Shown here: in pieces, positions 47,114-55,555 of the stretch
Layout: each line of letters begins with the position of its first letter
Numbering within the stretch: the first letter of the stretch is position 1
Source of the DNA: an uncultured Ferruginibacter sp.
Lineage (GTDB): Bacteria; Bacteroidota; Bacteroidia; Chitinophagales; Chitinophagaceae
Assembly (NCBI GenBank): GCA_963422625.1
Contig: OY730416.1
Location: 835,607-899,606, forward strand
Direction of reading: 5' to 3'
DNA: 64,000 nucleotides
Notes under the pieces: generated by a model
What the model saw: only the letters and a program-made list of their open reading frames with translations
What the model was told of the DNA's origin: nothing
Database searches by the model: none
Program-made: the position numbers and the translations under genes

Positions 47114-48817
47114 TTATTTTTCTATTTTGCCCAATGCATATTTAAAATCTAAAGCAGAGGTAGGTTCAAATGAAAGGTCTTTATAAATACCTTCCGTTAT
47201 TACAGTATTTTTTACGACAGACACCGTTTGGCCATCTTTTATCCCCACACTAATGATTTTTACAGGTTCTCCAACAGGAACATTGTCGAAAATTGCATAA
47301 TTCCCATTTACTCCTGCCTGCATGATAGATTTAAAATTTTCAAACACCATAAATGTCATATAGTTGAATGAGCTATCTTTTAAGTCTACAATAAACACCC
47401 CTGTTTTTCCGGGGTACTTAAAAAATCTGTCGCAATTTATCCAGCCTAATTTATTTATGCCGATGCTGTATTTTTCTCCAATGTTTGTAAGCGTGTTAGC
47501 AGGGAAATTGGGCTGGCGCATATCTTTAAACCCCTTGTTTACCCATTGAACCACCTTATACACTGTATCAATAGGTTCCAGTTTATTGATCTTTATGGTA
47601 AGTGGTAATAATTCAGCAGTATCTCCCACTCCATAAGAATTATAAACAAGATGATAATACTCTTCTTCTACGGCATCTATTTTTTGAAATAACAGGTCTC
47701 TTTTCCACAGTCTACGTACCCTGATTTTATCGTAGTAGTCTCCATATTTTTTTTGCAAAACTGCTTTCAACTCATCTTTACTGTAAACTGATTTTGTGGA
47801 CCTATAAAAAACCGCTTTTGTTTTTCCATTGTATACAGTATAGTGGATGTTGTCGTCTTTCAGATCAATAGCTCTGATAAACATTTTAAGCACTGGAGAA
47901 TCTATTCTAACCCTCGTGAGCTGCCAGTTAATTTTACTTTGTTGCGCCAGGTTTGATGCAATAGTATCTACAGTGTTCTTTGTAACCCCTTCAAATATTT
48001 CCATCGAATCTTTAGGTGTAAGATCAGGAATAAAAACCCTGATCTCTTTGCCAGGATTAATCAGCACCTCCCGGCCTTTTACTTTTGCACATATGTAAAG
48101 CATTCCGCCAGTAACCAGCTGTCTGTTATCCGACATGGTGGTAAGCCCATTAGCCACCATATCAGCATATTTATAAAATTCTTTCACTTCAAACACTACA
48201 GAATCTTTTGTGTCAAATGAATTAGCAGGGATAAATACTACACTGCCTTCGTTGCATATCACTGTTGTATCTTTTGTATTATCAATTGCAAATAATTCCT
48301 GCTTCTTTTGCAGGCTTGCCATTAGGTTATTAAGCATCGCCTGTTTTTCCCCAAAGCTTAAAGCATCTTTTTTAGCAGGTTCATTCCGGATAACTACACT
48401 ATCAGAAATTGCAGCGTCCAATTTTATAATTGTTACTTTTCTATTATTATTTATAGATTGCTTTAGTATAGAAATTATTTTTTGTGAAGCAGAGTTATTG
48501 TTAATTGTACTTGTACTGGCAATAGTTGTATCGGTTTTTACAATAGCATTATTTTGCTCGATCTTACTTTCAGTTGCAATTGTTGCATTTTTTATTGAAG
48601 CGCCTTTGTAAGTAATTAAAATGATGGCGCATACAAGCACTGCTGCTCCAGTGAACCACCACCCGGCTTTTGAAATGAGTGGTTTTGCCTTTGGCAGATA
48701 AGCAGGAAGCACAGCCTGCATTTGCTTCCAGTGTGCATCCATCTGGCTAAGATCGGGCAGTTGCTGATTTTCCAGTTGCCTTAATTGATTTTCAATATTG
48801 TTGTTATCCTGCTGCAT
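47114..48817 (-). CDS. Putative anti-sigma factor: a single-pass membrane protein with a large uncharacterised extracytoplasmic domain
   Basis: It overlaps the upstream ECF sigma gene by 14 nt. It has a ~50-aa cytoplasmic N-terminus, one TM helix (WWFTGAAVLVCAIILITY) and a ~490-aa C-terminal region with no recognised motif. Confidence 0.55.
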   Translation of the reverse strand: MQQDNNNIENQLRQLENQQLPDLSQMDAHWKQMQAVLPAYLPKAKPLISKAGWWFTGAAVLVCAIILITYKGASIKNATIATESKIEQNNAIVKTDTTIASTSTINNNSASQKIISILKQSINNNRKVTIIKLDAAISDSVVIRNEPAKKDALSFGEKQAMLNNLMASLQKKQELFAIDNTKDTTVICNEGSVVFIPANSFDTKDSVVFEVKEFYKYADMVANGLTTMSDNRQLVTGGMLYICAKVKGREVLINPGKEIRVFIPDLTPKDSMEIFEGVTKNTVDTIASNLAQQSKINWQLTRVRIDSPVLKMFIRAIDLKDDNIHYTVYNGKTKAVFYRSTKSVYSKDELKAVLQKKYGDYYDKIRVRRLWKRDLLFQKIDAVEEEYYHLVYNSYGVGDTAELLPLTIKINKLEPIDTVYKVVQWVNKGFKDMRQPNFPANTLTNIGEKYSIGINKLGWINCDRFFKYPGKTGVFIVDLKDSSFNYMTFMVFENFKSIMQAGVNGNYAIFDNVPVGEPVKIISVGIKDGQTVSVVKNTVITEGIYKDLSFEPTSALDFKYALGKIEK

Positions 48818-49394
48818 TTGTTTTTAATTCGGTTTGTGTAAATTTTTCAAGTTTAGGTTTCAGTAATTTTTTGGCTTCGCTTACATGCCATTTGCTGGTG
48901 CCATCGCTGATGCCCAGGTGCTCGCCAATTTGTTTGTGTGTAAAGCCCTCATACACGTACAGGTTAAACACCATTGCTGTGGCAACAGGCAATTGTTTTA
49001 TCAGTTGCTGAATTTCTTTTCCCGAAACAGTATTAAAAACTTCAGGGTTAATACTTATTTCCTCTTCGTATTTGTAAGCATCAAAAGCTTTAAACGTGTT
49101 TTGTTGTTTGCAGAAATCAATACAACTATGCACCACAATAGTTTTTACCCAAGCCATTAATTTGCCTTCTTCTTTATAATTGCCTATTCCTTTAAAAACC
49201 TTCAGCATGGCATTGTTAAAAATAGTTCCGGCGCCATCAGCATCTTTGGCATAGCGGTAACAAATCCTTATCATATCAGGATAACATAATTTGTACAGTT
49301 GTTCCTGGCATTGCAGTTCGTTGTTTTGGCAGCCTTTTATCAGTATATCAGGGTTTATACTCAAGAATCGCTTTTTAGGTAAAAGTTGGTTCAT
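48804..49394 (-). CDS. ECF-subfamily RNA polymerase sigma factor
   Basis: The 196-aa protein has region 2 (LYKLCYPDMIRICYRYAKD...WVKTIVVHSCIDF). It also has a region 4 HTH (YEGFTHKQIGEHLGISDGTSKWHVSEAKKLL). Confidence 0.85.
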   Translation of the reverse strand: MNQLLPKKRFLSINPDILIKGCQNNELQCQEQLYKLCYPDMIRICYRYAKDADGAGTIFNNAMLKVFKGIGNYKEEGKLMAWVKTIVVHSCIDFCKQQNTFKAFDAYKYEEEISINPEVFNTVSGKEIQQLIKQLPVATAMVFNLYVYEGFTHKQIGEHLGISDGTSKWHVSEAKKLLKPKLEKFTQTELKTNAAG

Positions 49395-49504
49395 GTAATA
49401 TATATAACTGCAGTGCAGTAAAAAAGGGTTGGGTTAATTTTACATTTTTTTTGGGAGTACTGCTTAAATCTCCATTTTTTAATAAATAACTGTAAATTAG
49501 AATC

Positions 49505-50530
49505 ATGAACCGTAAACATTTTCTCTCCTCCATAATTCCACTTGGTGCTGTGCTTACCGCTGCAGGCAATAATAGTTTTACTTATGAGCCTGATATGCCG
49601 GTTAAAATTCCACCCTATTTAAAAAAGGGCGATACCATTGGCATTACATGCCCTGCCGGTTTTATTACTGCAGAAGATATTCAACCTGCGGTTATTAAAA
49701 TGCAGGAATGGGGCTATTCCATAAAGATTGGTGATACAGTGGGTAAAAAAGATTTTACGTTTGGCGGTACTGATGATGAGCGGCTGAAAGATTTTCAGCA
49801 AATGCTGAATGACAACACTGTTAAAGCCATCATGTGTGCAAGGGGTGGTTACGGTGCTGTGCGTATCATTGACGGTATTGATTTTAAAAAATTTGTCCTG
49901 CATCCCAAATGGATTATTGGTTTTAGTGATGTTACGGTAATGCATTCGCACCTGAATAAAAATTTTGGTATCGCTTCCATTCATTCTAAAATGTGCAATA
50001 GCTTTCCTGCAGACTGGAGTAAAGCCGAACCGGTGCAGATGGAAACCATTGAATCAATACAAAAATGTTTGTCGGGAGAAAAAATGAATTATGCGGTTGT
50101 GCCCAATGAGAAAAATAAACCCGGTATTGCAGACGGTGTTTTAATTGGTGGTAATTTAAAAACCCTGGAAACACTTGCCGGCAGCAAAAGCGATATCAAT
50201 ACCGATGGTAAAATTTTATTTGTGGAAGATACCGGCGAATATTTATACAGCATCGACCGTATGTTCTGGAATTTGAAACGTACCGGAAAACTCAGCAAAC
50301 TTAAAGCCCTTATCATTGGTGGCTTTAAAGTAAAACCTTCTGAAGATCCCGCTGAAGAATTTGGAAAAAATATTTACGATATTGTTTTAGAAAAAATAAA
50401 AGATTACAACTATCCCGTTTGTTTTGATTTTCCTGTGGGCCACCAAAAAAATAATTTTGCATTAAAATGTGGCGTTAAACATAAACTTACGGTAACAGCA
50501 GCCAATGTTTCTTTAGCTGAGATACGTTAG
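49505..50530 (+). CDS. LD-carboxypeptidase (peptidase S66) with an N-terminal export-type extension
   Basis: It has PYLKKGDTIGITCPAGF, ARGGYG and the nucleophile motif GFSDVT. A 36-aa hydrophobic N-terminal extension (MNRKHFLSSIIPLGAVLTAAGN) is absent from the paralog at 54582. Confidence 0.85.
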   Translation: MNRKHFLSSIIPLGAVLTAAGNNSFTYEPDMPVKIPPYLKKGDTIGITCPAGFITAEDIQPAVIKMQEWGYSIKIGDTVGKKDFTFGGTDDERLKDFQQMLNDNTVKAIMCARGGYGAVRIIDGIDFKKFVLHPKWIIGFSDVTVMHSHLNKNFGIASIHSKMCNSFPADWSKAEPVQMETIESIQKCLSGEKMNYAVVPNEKNKPGIADGVLIGGNLKTLETLAGSKSDINTDGKILFVEDTGEYLYSIDRMFWNLKRTGKLSKLKALIIGGFKVKPSEDPAEEFGKNIYDIVLEKIKDYNYPVCFDFPVGHQKNNFALKCGVKHKLTVTAANVSLAEIR

Positions 50531-50541
50531 CAGCATTACTA

Positions 50542-53500
50542 TTACCGTATCAATATACTGGTACCGCTTTCAAATACTTGCTTATTGTTCCAGGGGTCTA
50601 TGTAAGACAATTGCCAGATATAAGTACCAACATCAGCCCTTGCACCTTTGTGATACCCGTTCCACCCATCCAGCGGGTTTTTGGTAGCAAACATTAATTC
50701 GCCAAAGCGGTTGTACACTTTAAATGTAAACTCTTTAGCAAGGTCGGCGTTGGCAGCACGCAATATATCATTTACCCCATCGCTGTTGGGCGTAAAGGCA
50801 TTGGGCACTTTTATAAGGCATGCAGGCAATACTTTTACTGATATAGCATCTGCAGCTTTGCAACCATTATTATCTACCAGTAAAGAATAATCAGCAGTAA
50901 AAATATCCGTATTTATTTGTGGTGTAATGGCACCGGTATTCCATAAATATATATAGCCTGCAGTAGGCTGCACCCCTATTGCCAGCGATACGGCCGGGCA
51001 TAATACCGTATCATTACCTAAACTAAATTTAGGTACAGCAAATACACTGATCAATTTACTTACCTGCACGTTACCGGTACAATATTTATCCGTGCCTGTA
51101 AGTGTTATCGTGTACACGCCCTCTTTAGGATAACTAAACTGCACACGTGGCTGGTTGGTAAATGTTGTCCCATCCCCATTATCCCAAGTATAAGTAAAAA
51201 CATTATTACTGATAACCCTTGCCAGTGAAATGGTTTTATCCGTACAGTATTGTGCCGCAAGGCCGGTAAAATCAATTGTAGGCATTGCTGCCACTTGCAA
51301 TACATTACCCGCTGTATCTGTACAGCCATAAGGATCAGTTACTATTAATTTTACATCATAATTATTGCCCGTAGTATAAATATGCGGCGGAGGGGTTTGT
51401 CCCGCAAACTGTGTATTATCACCCAACTGCCACAGGTATTGCAAGTTTTTACCTATTGAATTATTGATAAAAGCAACCGGGCTGTTTATACAAACCGTAT
51501 CATTAGGGTTAAAGGCAAATGCTGATTTAAAGGCATTATCCAGGGTAATGTTTTGCGTTACCATATCATTGCAAAAACCATTATCTACTTTAAGCTGTAC
51601 AGCGGTGGCTACTGTTGAAACAGGAAAAGTTTTGTTTACTGATTGCCCGATTGCTGTACTGCCATCATCAAATGTCCACAACCAGGAATTTGTACCATTG
51701 CTTCCCGGATGTGTTACAATAACCGTATCCATGGTACAACCAAATTTTACCTGGCTGTTAAATGCTGCTGCTGGTTTGATTACCGGGGTGAATGCTATAA
51801 TTTCCGCCGTACTTTGAGCCGACAGACAGGTGTCAATAATACCATTATTATCATTACCTGTTTTATTATGCACTATGTAATTACCGGGTACACTTAAAGG
51901 CTGCGTAAATTGCAGCATTATCCAGTTGGTATACCCTGTTGCTGCACAATTAGGATCGGTGGTTGCCGAAGCGATATTTACTGCAGCGGGGCCGGTTATA
52001 GAAAAGTCAGACCCATCAACACTTATGGATGAACATTTTATTGGCTTATCATAAAATAATTTTACAAAAGAGGGGGTACATTTATCTGTTTGCAACGAAT
52101 CAAATTTTGGCGCTGGCGCCGCTGTTGTGATAAAGCTTTTATTATAACCCGGTGTTATAAATGCAAAACAGGTATCTGCCAAAGTGTTACCATCGGTGCC
52201 TGCATTTATGTTAACCGCAAAATTGCCTGCCGGCAATGGGTTCTGCAGGGTTAAGATAACCTGCGTAGTGAAATTATAAATATTGTTACAGTTATAACTT
52301 ACGCTGGTTACCGGCCCTCCTCCCGGCGTTATTGAAAACTCATTGCCTGTTGGTGATAATGATCCACAAAATACAGGCTTATCAAAATTCACGGTTACTT
52401 TATCAGGATGGCATTCATCAAAAGCTATTGATTGTATCACCGGCGCTGCAGTTGTTTGAGCAATTACTAAAGGAAAAGCTGTTCCTGTGCCACGGTTATT
52501 GCAGGTGTCAATAAAAGTGTCGCCATCTGTCCCATTAGATACCCACAACTGGTAATTACCCGGTGGCAAATGAATTGGCAGATTAAGGTGTAACATATCA
52601 GTAATTTGGTTGCCACCTGTACAAACGGTTTGCACTGAACTAACCGCAATATTACCCGGCTGAATTGTAAACTCACTACCGGATGCGGTTACACTACTGC
52701 AAAAAACAGGCTTGGTAAGTTGTACATCCAGTGCAGTTGGGGCACAACCGGTATATGTTATGTTATTTATGGCCGCAGGTGGTACTGCCGCTACAGTAAA
52801 TGGAATGGAAGCCGGCAGCATAAAAGTTTGGCAAACATTAGCGAGAGTATTGTTATCGTTGCCATTAATAATATTTAGCTGGTAGTTACCGGGTGCCAGG
52901 GGTGTTTGAAAATTAATGACGAGTGAGGGTATTCCCTTGGCGCCGATAGCGCAATTTGAGGTAATACCTGTAATTGTATTGGGGCCTCCTGTTACTGTAA
53001 ATTCCGAACCGTCTGTTGAGCTGCATAAAATATCTTCTGAAAAAACAACTTTTAATTTTGTCGCATCACAACCCGGAATAGTTGCGCCGGTTACAGTAGG
53101 CGCAACCCCGCTTGTTAATACTGCAGTTCCTGAAAAAGAAATATCATACCCTAAACCTGACTGAGACCAATTATTTACCATCAGCAAATAATCGTGGCCA
53201 ATTGTAATTGTCGGCATCTGGTTAAATTGCGAACCGTTTGGGCCACCGGCACAATGCACATCCAATGCCCCTGTTGCAGTGCATCCTGTTGGCCCGGTAA
53301 CACCACTTAAATTCAATGATACCCTTAACTCTGTTAAAAAAACATCGTCGGGGTTGCGCCCTGTTACATCCATTATCTCCCAGTCGTAATCATCTCCGCC
53401 GCCTAAAGGGGTTAATAAAAAGCCAAGCGTTCCTGTTTGATAGCAATGGAATTTATACCATGCAGAATTGTTTGACGTAACAATATTACCGCAGCCCGCT

Positions 53501-53676
53501 GTAGGGTTGGGTATATTTTGACCGGTACAATTGGAAAGGTTAGTTTGATGAAAAACCAGTGAGCCGCAAACTGCCTCGGCTGTAGATGCTGTTCTGCCAG
53601 GGCCAAAACATGGGCGCTGTGATACAGCGTTGTAATTGATCAATAGTAAAATGATGATAAGGTTAAATATGCGCAT
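50542..53676 (-). CDS. Large cell-surface protein with a T9SS type B (gliding-motility-associated) C-terminal domain, PKD-like domains and four Cys-containing tandem modules
   Basis: From the ATG at 53676 the protein starts MRIFNLIIILLLINYNAVSQ (signal peptide). The C-terminus VPNAFTPNSDGVNDILR...VYNRFGELMF......GWNGY......VGTYIW matches the type B CTD. PKD-like segments include WTFDDGSTAIG and WDNGDGTTF. Confidence 0.85.
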   Translation of the reverse strand: MRIFNLIIILLLINYNAVSQRPCFGPGRTASTAEAVCGSLVFHQTNLSNCTGQNIPNPTAGCGNIVTSNNSAWYKFHCYQTGTLGFLLTPLGGGDDYDWEIMDVTGRNPDDVFLTELRVSLNLSGVTGPTGCTATGALDVHCAGGPNGSQFNQMPTITIGHDYLLMVNNWSQSGLGYDISFSGTAVLTSGVAPTVTGATIPGCDATKLKVVFSEDILCSSTDGSEFTVTGGPNTITGITSNCAIGAKGIPSLVINFQTPLAPGNYQLNIINGNDNNTLANVCQTFMLPASIPFTVAAVPPAAINNITYTGCAPTALDVQLTKPVFCSSVTASGSEFTIQPGNIAVSSVQTVCTGGNQITDMLHLNLPIHLPPGNYQLWVSNGTDGDTFIDTCNNRGTGTAFPLVIAQTTAAPVIQSIAFDECHPDKVTVNFDKPVFCGSLSPTGNEFSITPGGGPVTSVSYNCNNIYNFTTQVILTLQNPLPAGNFAVNINAGTDGNTLADTCFAFITPGYNKSFITTAAPAPKFDSLQTDKCTPSFVKLFYDKPIKCSSISVDGSDFSITGPAAVNIASATTDPNCAATGYTNWIMLQFTQPLSVPGNYIVHNKTGNDNNGIIDTCLSAQSTAEIIAFTPVIKPAAAFNSQVKFGCTMDTVIVTHPGSNGTNSWLWTFDDGSTAIGQSVNKTFPVSTVATAVQLKVDNGFCNDMVTQNITLDNAFKSAFAFNPNDTVCINSPVAFINNSIGKNLQYLWQLGDNTQFAGQTPPPHIYTTGNNYDVKLIVTDPYGCTDTAGNVLQVAAMPTIDFTGLAAQYCTDKTISLARVISNNVFTYTWDNGDGTTFTNQPRVQFSYPKEGVYTITLTGTDKYCTGNVQVSKLISVFAVPKFSLGNDTVLCPAVSLAIGVQPTAGYIYLWNTGAITPQINTDIFTADYSLLVDNNGCKAADAISVKVLPACLIKVPNAFTPNSDGVNDILRAANADLAKEFTFKVYNRFGELMFATKNPLDGWNGYHKGARADVGTYIWQLSYIDPWNNKQVFESGTSILIR

Positions 53677-53856
53677 TACTAAGTTTTGGATTTGTAAATT
53701 TACCCAAAAATCATACCTGCTTTTATAATACTTTGCATAAAATTTACACATGATACCCTCACTTATTAAAATGACACTCTCTTGATTACATCTCCCAAAT
53801 GGTTGTATGGCTAACAAAAGCACCAACCTGCTTACAAAAAAACTACGGTTATTTTG

Positions 53857-53864
53857 TATATTTG
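53857..53864 (+). promoter_or_regulatory. Candidate -7 promoter element (TAtaTTTG) for the toxin-antitoxin / ldc unit
   Basis: It matches TAnnTTTG 60 nt upstream of the ATG at 53924. This is a motif match only. Confidence 0.3.
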
Positions 53865-53923
53865 GTAAACTTATAAAAGCCCCACTCCGGGCTCCTGTTG
53901 TTTCAAATTAAAGTCAGATAGTT

Positions 53924-54142
53924 ATGATAATCAAAGAAAAAAATAAAGAAGCTATTACCGTTTCGTTTTCAAGTACTGTGGGCAGACAAGGTTTAAATGA
54001 CATAAAAGAGTATATCGAATTTTTAGAAAAAAGCAGTACGGTAAAATCAAAAAAAGTACCACAGGGAATTATAAACCAGCTGGCTGATGAAGTAAATGAA
54101 GCAATTTGGAAGAAATTTAAAATTGCAAAGGGTATTAAATGA
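53924..54142 (+). CDS. Putative antitoxin of the PIN toxin
   Basis: The 72-aa ORF overlaps the start of the PIN gene by 4 nt (ATGA). No recognised fold, so the call rests on genomic context. Confidence 0.5.
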   Translation: MIIKEKNKEAITVSFSSTVGRQGLNDIKEYIEFLEKSSTVKSKKVPQGIINQLADEVNEAIWKKFKIAKGIK

Positions 54143-54579
54143 CCATTATTGCTGATGCCAATATTATTTTAAGTGCTATCATTAGTCCATCAGGCCCAAT
54201 TTCTAAATTAATTTTTACCAATTGCCATATCGTTGACTTTGTGTTGCCAGAATATGCGATAGAAGAAATTGAATTGCATAAATCAAGAATTTGTACTGTC
54301 ACAAATACGTCCCCGGCAGATTTCGACAAAATAAAAGATTTACTTTTACCAAAATTCATTGTGTTTTCTGCAGAATTAATCGACAAAACTACACTTAACA
54401 AAGCCATAATCCTTACAAAGGATATTGACGAAAAAGACGCCCTCTATATTGCATTTTCTCTTGCCCTTGATGCTTTATTATGGACAGCTGATAAAAAACT
54501 AATGAAAGCAGTAAGAAGAAAAAAGTATTATAAAATTGTAACCACGCCAGAGTTAAAAAATATCCTTAAAGGTTTGTAA
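54139..54579 (+). CDS. PIN-domain toxin (VapC-like)
   Basis: The 146-aa protein has acidic residues in the usual PIN positions: IIADANIIL (D6), EYAIEEIE, DEKDALYIAFS and the C-terminal WTADKKL. Confidence 0.8.
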   Translation: MTIIADANIILSAIISPSGPISKLIFTNCHIVDFVLPEYAIEEIELHKSRICTVTNTSPADFDKIKDLLLPKFIVFSAELIDKTTLNKAIILTKDIDEKDALYIAFSLALDALLWTADKKLMKAVRRKKYYKIVTTPELKNILKGL

Positions 54580-54581
54580 GT

Positions 54582-55493
54582 ATGATAAAAACACCTCCCT
54601 ATTTAAAAAAAGGCGACACCATAGGCATTACCTGCCCTGCCGGTTATATGGCAACTGAAAAAGCACAGGCCTGTATTAGTGTTTTACAACAATGGGGCTA
54701 CCAGGTAATGGTTGGTAAAACATTGGGCAGCAGTTCGCTAAATTATTTTTCTGCCAATGATGATGACCGGAGGGATGAACTGCAGGCCATGCTGGATGAT
54801 AAAAATATCAACGCCATTTTATGCGGCCGTGGCGGCTATGGTGTGGGCAGGATAATTGACGGGCTGGATTTTACACAGTTTAAAAAATATCCCAAATGGA
54901 TCATTGGCTTTAGTGATATTACCGTTTTACATTGTCATATTTACAGCCATTTAAAATTTGCGTCGCTGCACGCCCCCATGGCGGCTGCTTTTAATGATGG
55001 GGAATATGCAAATGAATTTATACAATCTTTGCGCAAAGCTATTACAGGCAAAAAAGCAAATTATAAAGTTGCTGTACATGCATTTAATAAACCCGGAACA
55101 GCAAGCGGTGAGTTGGTAGGTGGTAACCTTTCTCTGCTGGCGCATTTAACCGGCACACCATCCGACATCAACACCAAAAACAAAATTTTATTTATAGAAG
55201 ATATTGGCGAGTACATTTATAATATCGACCGCATGCTGTACCAAATAAAACGCAGCGGTAAATTAGATAGGCTTGCGGGTTTAATTATTGGTGGTTTTAC
55301 CGACATGAAAGACACCGAAAGGCCTTTTGGAAAAACTGTATATGAAGTAATCCACGATATTGTGGCGGAATATAATTATCCCGTTTGCTTTAATTTTCCG
55401 GTAAGCCATGGTAAAGAAAATTATGCGCTTAAAGTGGGTGGTAGTTATGAATTAAAAGTTACTGGCAAAACAGTGCACCTAAAAGAAAAATGA
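54582..55493 (+). CDS. LD-carboxypeptidase (peptidase S66), cytoplasmic paralog
   Basis: It has PYLKKGDTIGITCPAGY, GRGGYG and the nucleophile motif GFSDIT. It starts 2 nt after the PIN gene stop codon. Confidence 0.88.
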   Translation: MIKTPPYLKKGDTIGITCPAGYMATEKAQACISVLQQWGYQVMVGKTLGSSSLNYFSANDDDRRDELQAMLDDKNINAILCGRGGYGVGRIIDGLDFTQFKKYPKWIIGFSDITVLHCHIYSHLKFASLHAPMAAAFNDGEYANEFIQSLRKAITGKKANYKVAVHAFNKPGTASGELVGGNLSLLAHLTGTPSDINTKNKILFIEDIGEYIYNIDRMLYQIKRSGKLDRLAGLIIGGFTDMKDTERPFGKTVYEVIHDIVAEYNYPVCFNFPVSHGKENYALKVGGSYELKVTGKTVHLKEK

Positions 55494-55555
55494 CAACAAT
55501 TTGGTAACATGATAAATTTGGAAACAGCAATTTGTTCACTATAATTTTGTGAAAA

